From: Amoeboradix gromovi X-113
Taxonomy: Eukaryota > Fungi > Sanchytriomycota
DNA: 32,000 nucleotides
NCBI GenBank assembly: GCA_018985225.1
Contig: JADGIF010000014.1
Span: forward strand, 1 to 32,000
Reading direction: 5' to 3'
The position numbers were made by a program, and so were the translations under genes. Shown one piece after another: positions 30,543-32,000 of the stretch (the stretch's first letter is position 1; every line of letters starts with the position of its first letter). A model generated the notes under the pieces. The model searched no databases. It saw only the letters and a list, made by a program, of their open reading frames with translations, and was not told where the DNA came from.

Positions 30543-31487
30543 TTTTGAAAAGTGACCCTCGTGACACTCCACAAAAACTTGTAAAACTTTTTAAAACAAA
30601 ATTGTCTCAAAAGGCAGAACTAATCTCCCAGAAGTGTCTCACATTTATCACCTATGCTTTAAGCGATAACATATCGCTTATTCCCCTTCTTTGCCAGTGA
30701 CCTATCGCTATTGTACAACAGACTTAAATATGACTTGAGATTGTTTTCAGATGCATTACATTTCAATCCGCAGCTACATTGCAGTGGGCACGCTGGCACA
30801 ACCTTGTGCCTCTATGAAATCGCTAAATACTTTTATGCTTGCAATCATTTAGAACGTTACAATAATTTCATAATTAGGATATTCCTGGTCAAAATTTCTG
30901 ACTTATGAGTATAGTAAGAATTTGCACAGTGAAACTGAAAAAACCTCCCGCTGCGTTAAAGTGTTAGCTCACGCTTTCACAACCCGAGGGGGGTTGAACA
31001 AGGTTGCATATAAGATATGTTCCTAGCTGCCATATGATTCTCTATATGCTTCAAAATGACAATGCAATTGATGCTAAACAAGATTATCGCAGTTGTATGC
31101 AGTTATAAAAGTCTAGAAAAAGAGCACGTTGGACCGAAATAGCTCAAGTAACCAAGATACATGGTTTTTTAAAATAAATCGATGCGTCTGGTAACAACAG
31201 TGTATGTATCCCTTGTTATGACGTTCTTTTACTTTCCCATATCTTATGTTCGTTATCACGATTCATATTCACCACCAGCACCTTACCTAGCAACTATTTC
31301 TATATAAACTAGCTCAACATATGTTACCCTATTTCAGAAAATGTCACCAATCCAAGTCGAAAGGCCAACCGAAAAGATTAGAATTTGGATGTCTTTCTTT
31401 CGTCTGTCGCTTTTACAGTCACAGTTTATCACTTCTTATTTCTGATTAACATTCGTATCTGATGGCATGATGATTTCGGATTCCTAT

Positions 31488-31549
31488 TGTGGTTTCTAGG
31501 TGTTCCTCCTACTTGGAACTGGGGCCATTTTGCCAAAATGGGTTTCCTA
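31488..31549 (+). repeat. Direct repeat shared with 2771-2832
   Basis: 53/62 identity, ungapped. Confidence 0.9.
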
Positions 31550-32000
31550 TATTAAATGTCGTGGTACCGATGAAGATTCCAGTGTTGGTATAATAGTCTG
31601 TTATAATACAACGAAACCAAATTAGTATTTAGAGTTCAGCCTAACAAGCGTAAAATTTACTTACTAAAAGCATCGCAATTCTAGGAGCTTTGGCAAATTA
31701 AAAAAAGACCAAATATCGATCCAAAGCAGTTTATGGCAACGCAGAAGCTAAAGAAATTATAAACTTTGATGACCTTGTGCAAAATAAGAGAAAATTTATC
31801 ATAAAACAAGCTACGCACTGCCCTCGCTCCTTAGTGAACCCTATGATTCGCATAAACCGGTTAATAAATAGGAAATTAAAAAGTTTCTTGATTTCGGAAA
31901 AATTTACTCAGTCTTAGTTTCCAAGGATACAACATGATTTTGTATAATTTTTGCAATTCGAAGCGGTGCATCTCCTTGAGAAATAGGAGCATGTCCTACA

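Noticed and set aside
574-30572. Non-standard genetic code (e.g. TAA/TAG read as Gln)
   Set aside because: Conserved proteins end at their expected C-termini on TAA (TOR, CEP120) and TGA (ATG6), and long ORFs contain no in-frame stops.
1-32000. CRISPR arrays, rRNA, snRNA or prokaryotic operon features
   Set aside because: The gene content is eukaryotic, and no regularly spaced repeats or recognisable structural RNA signatures were seen by eye.

Overview
Eukaryotic nuclear DNA from a very compact, AT-rich, intron-poor genome using the standard genetic code. The gene set (ChAPs/exomer subunit, fungal-type ADAM, TOR, Atg6, Vps10, Atg8, plus the centriole protein CEP120) points to an early-diverging zoosporic fungus or close relative; a sanchytrid-like lineage is my guess and cannot be proven from this window. 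There are about 14 protein-coding genes, some only 12-14 nt apart, and AATAAA frequently overlaps the stop codon. The main observation is that four genes split or truncated in the ORF track are each repaired by a GT...AG intron of exactly 19 nt (1066-1084, 4105-4123, 7134-7152, 15949-15967). All four start GTA, end TAG, and have T at position 12 and A at position 14. Two weaker candidates exist: a 19-nt one in VPS10 and a 20-nt one that would fuse two ORFs. This suggests a fixed-length, ultra-small spliceosomal intron system. Intergenic DNA holds a degenerate repeat family, including a MITE-like element with inverted ends. All family assignments come from motif recall; no database search was run.
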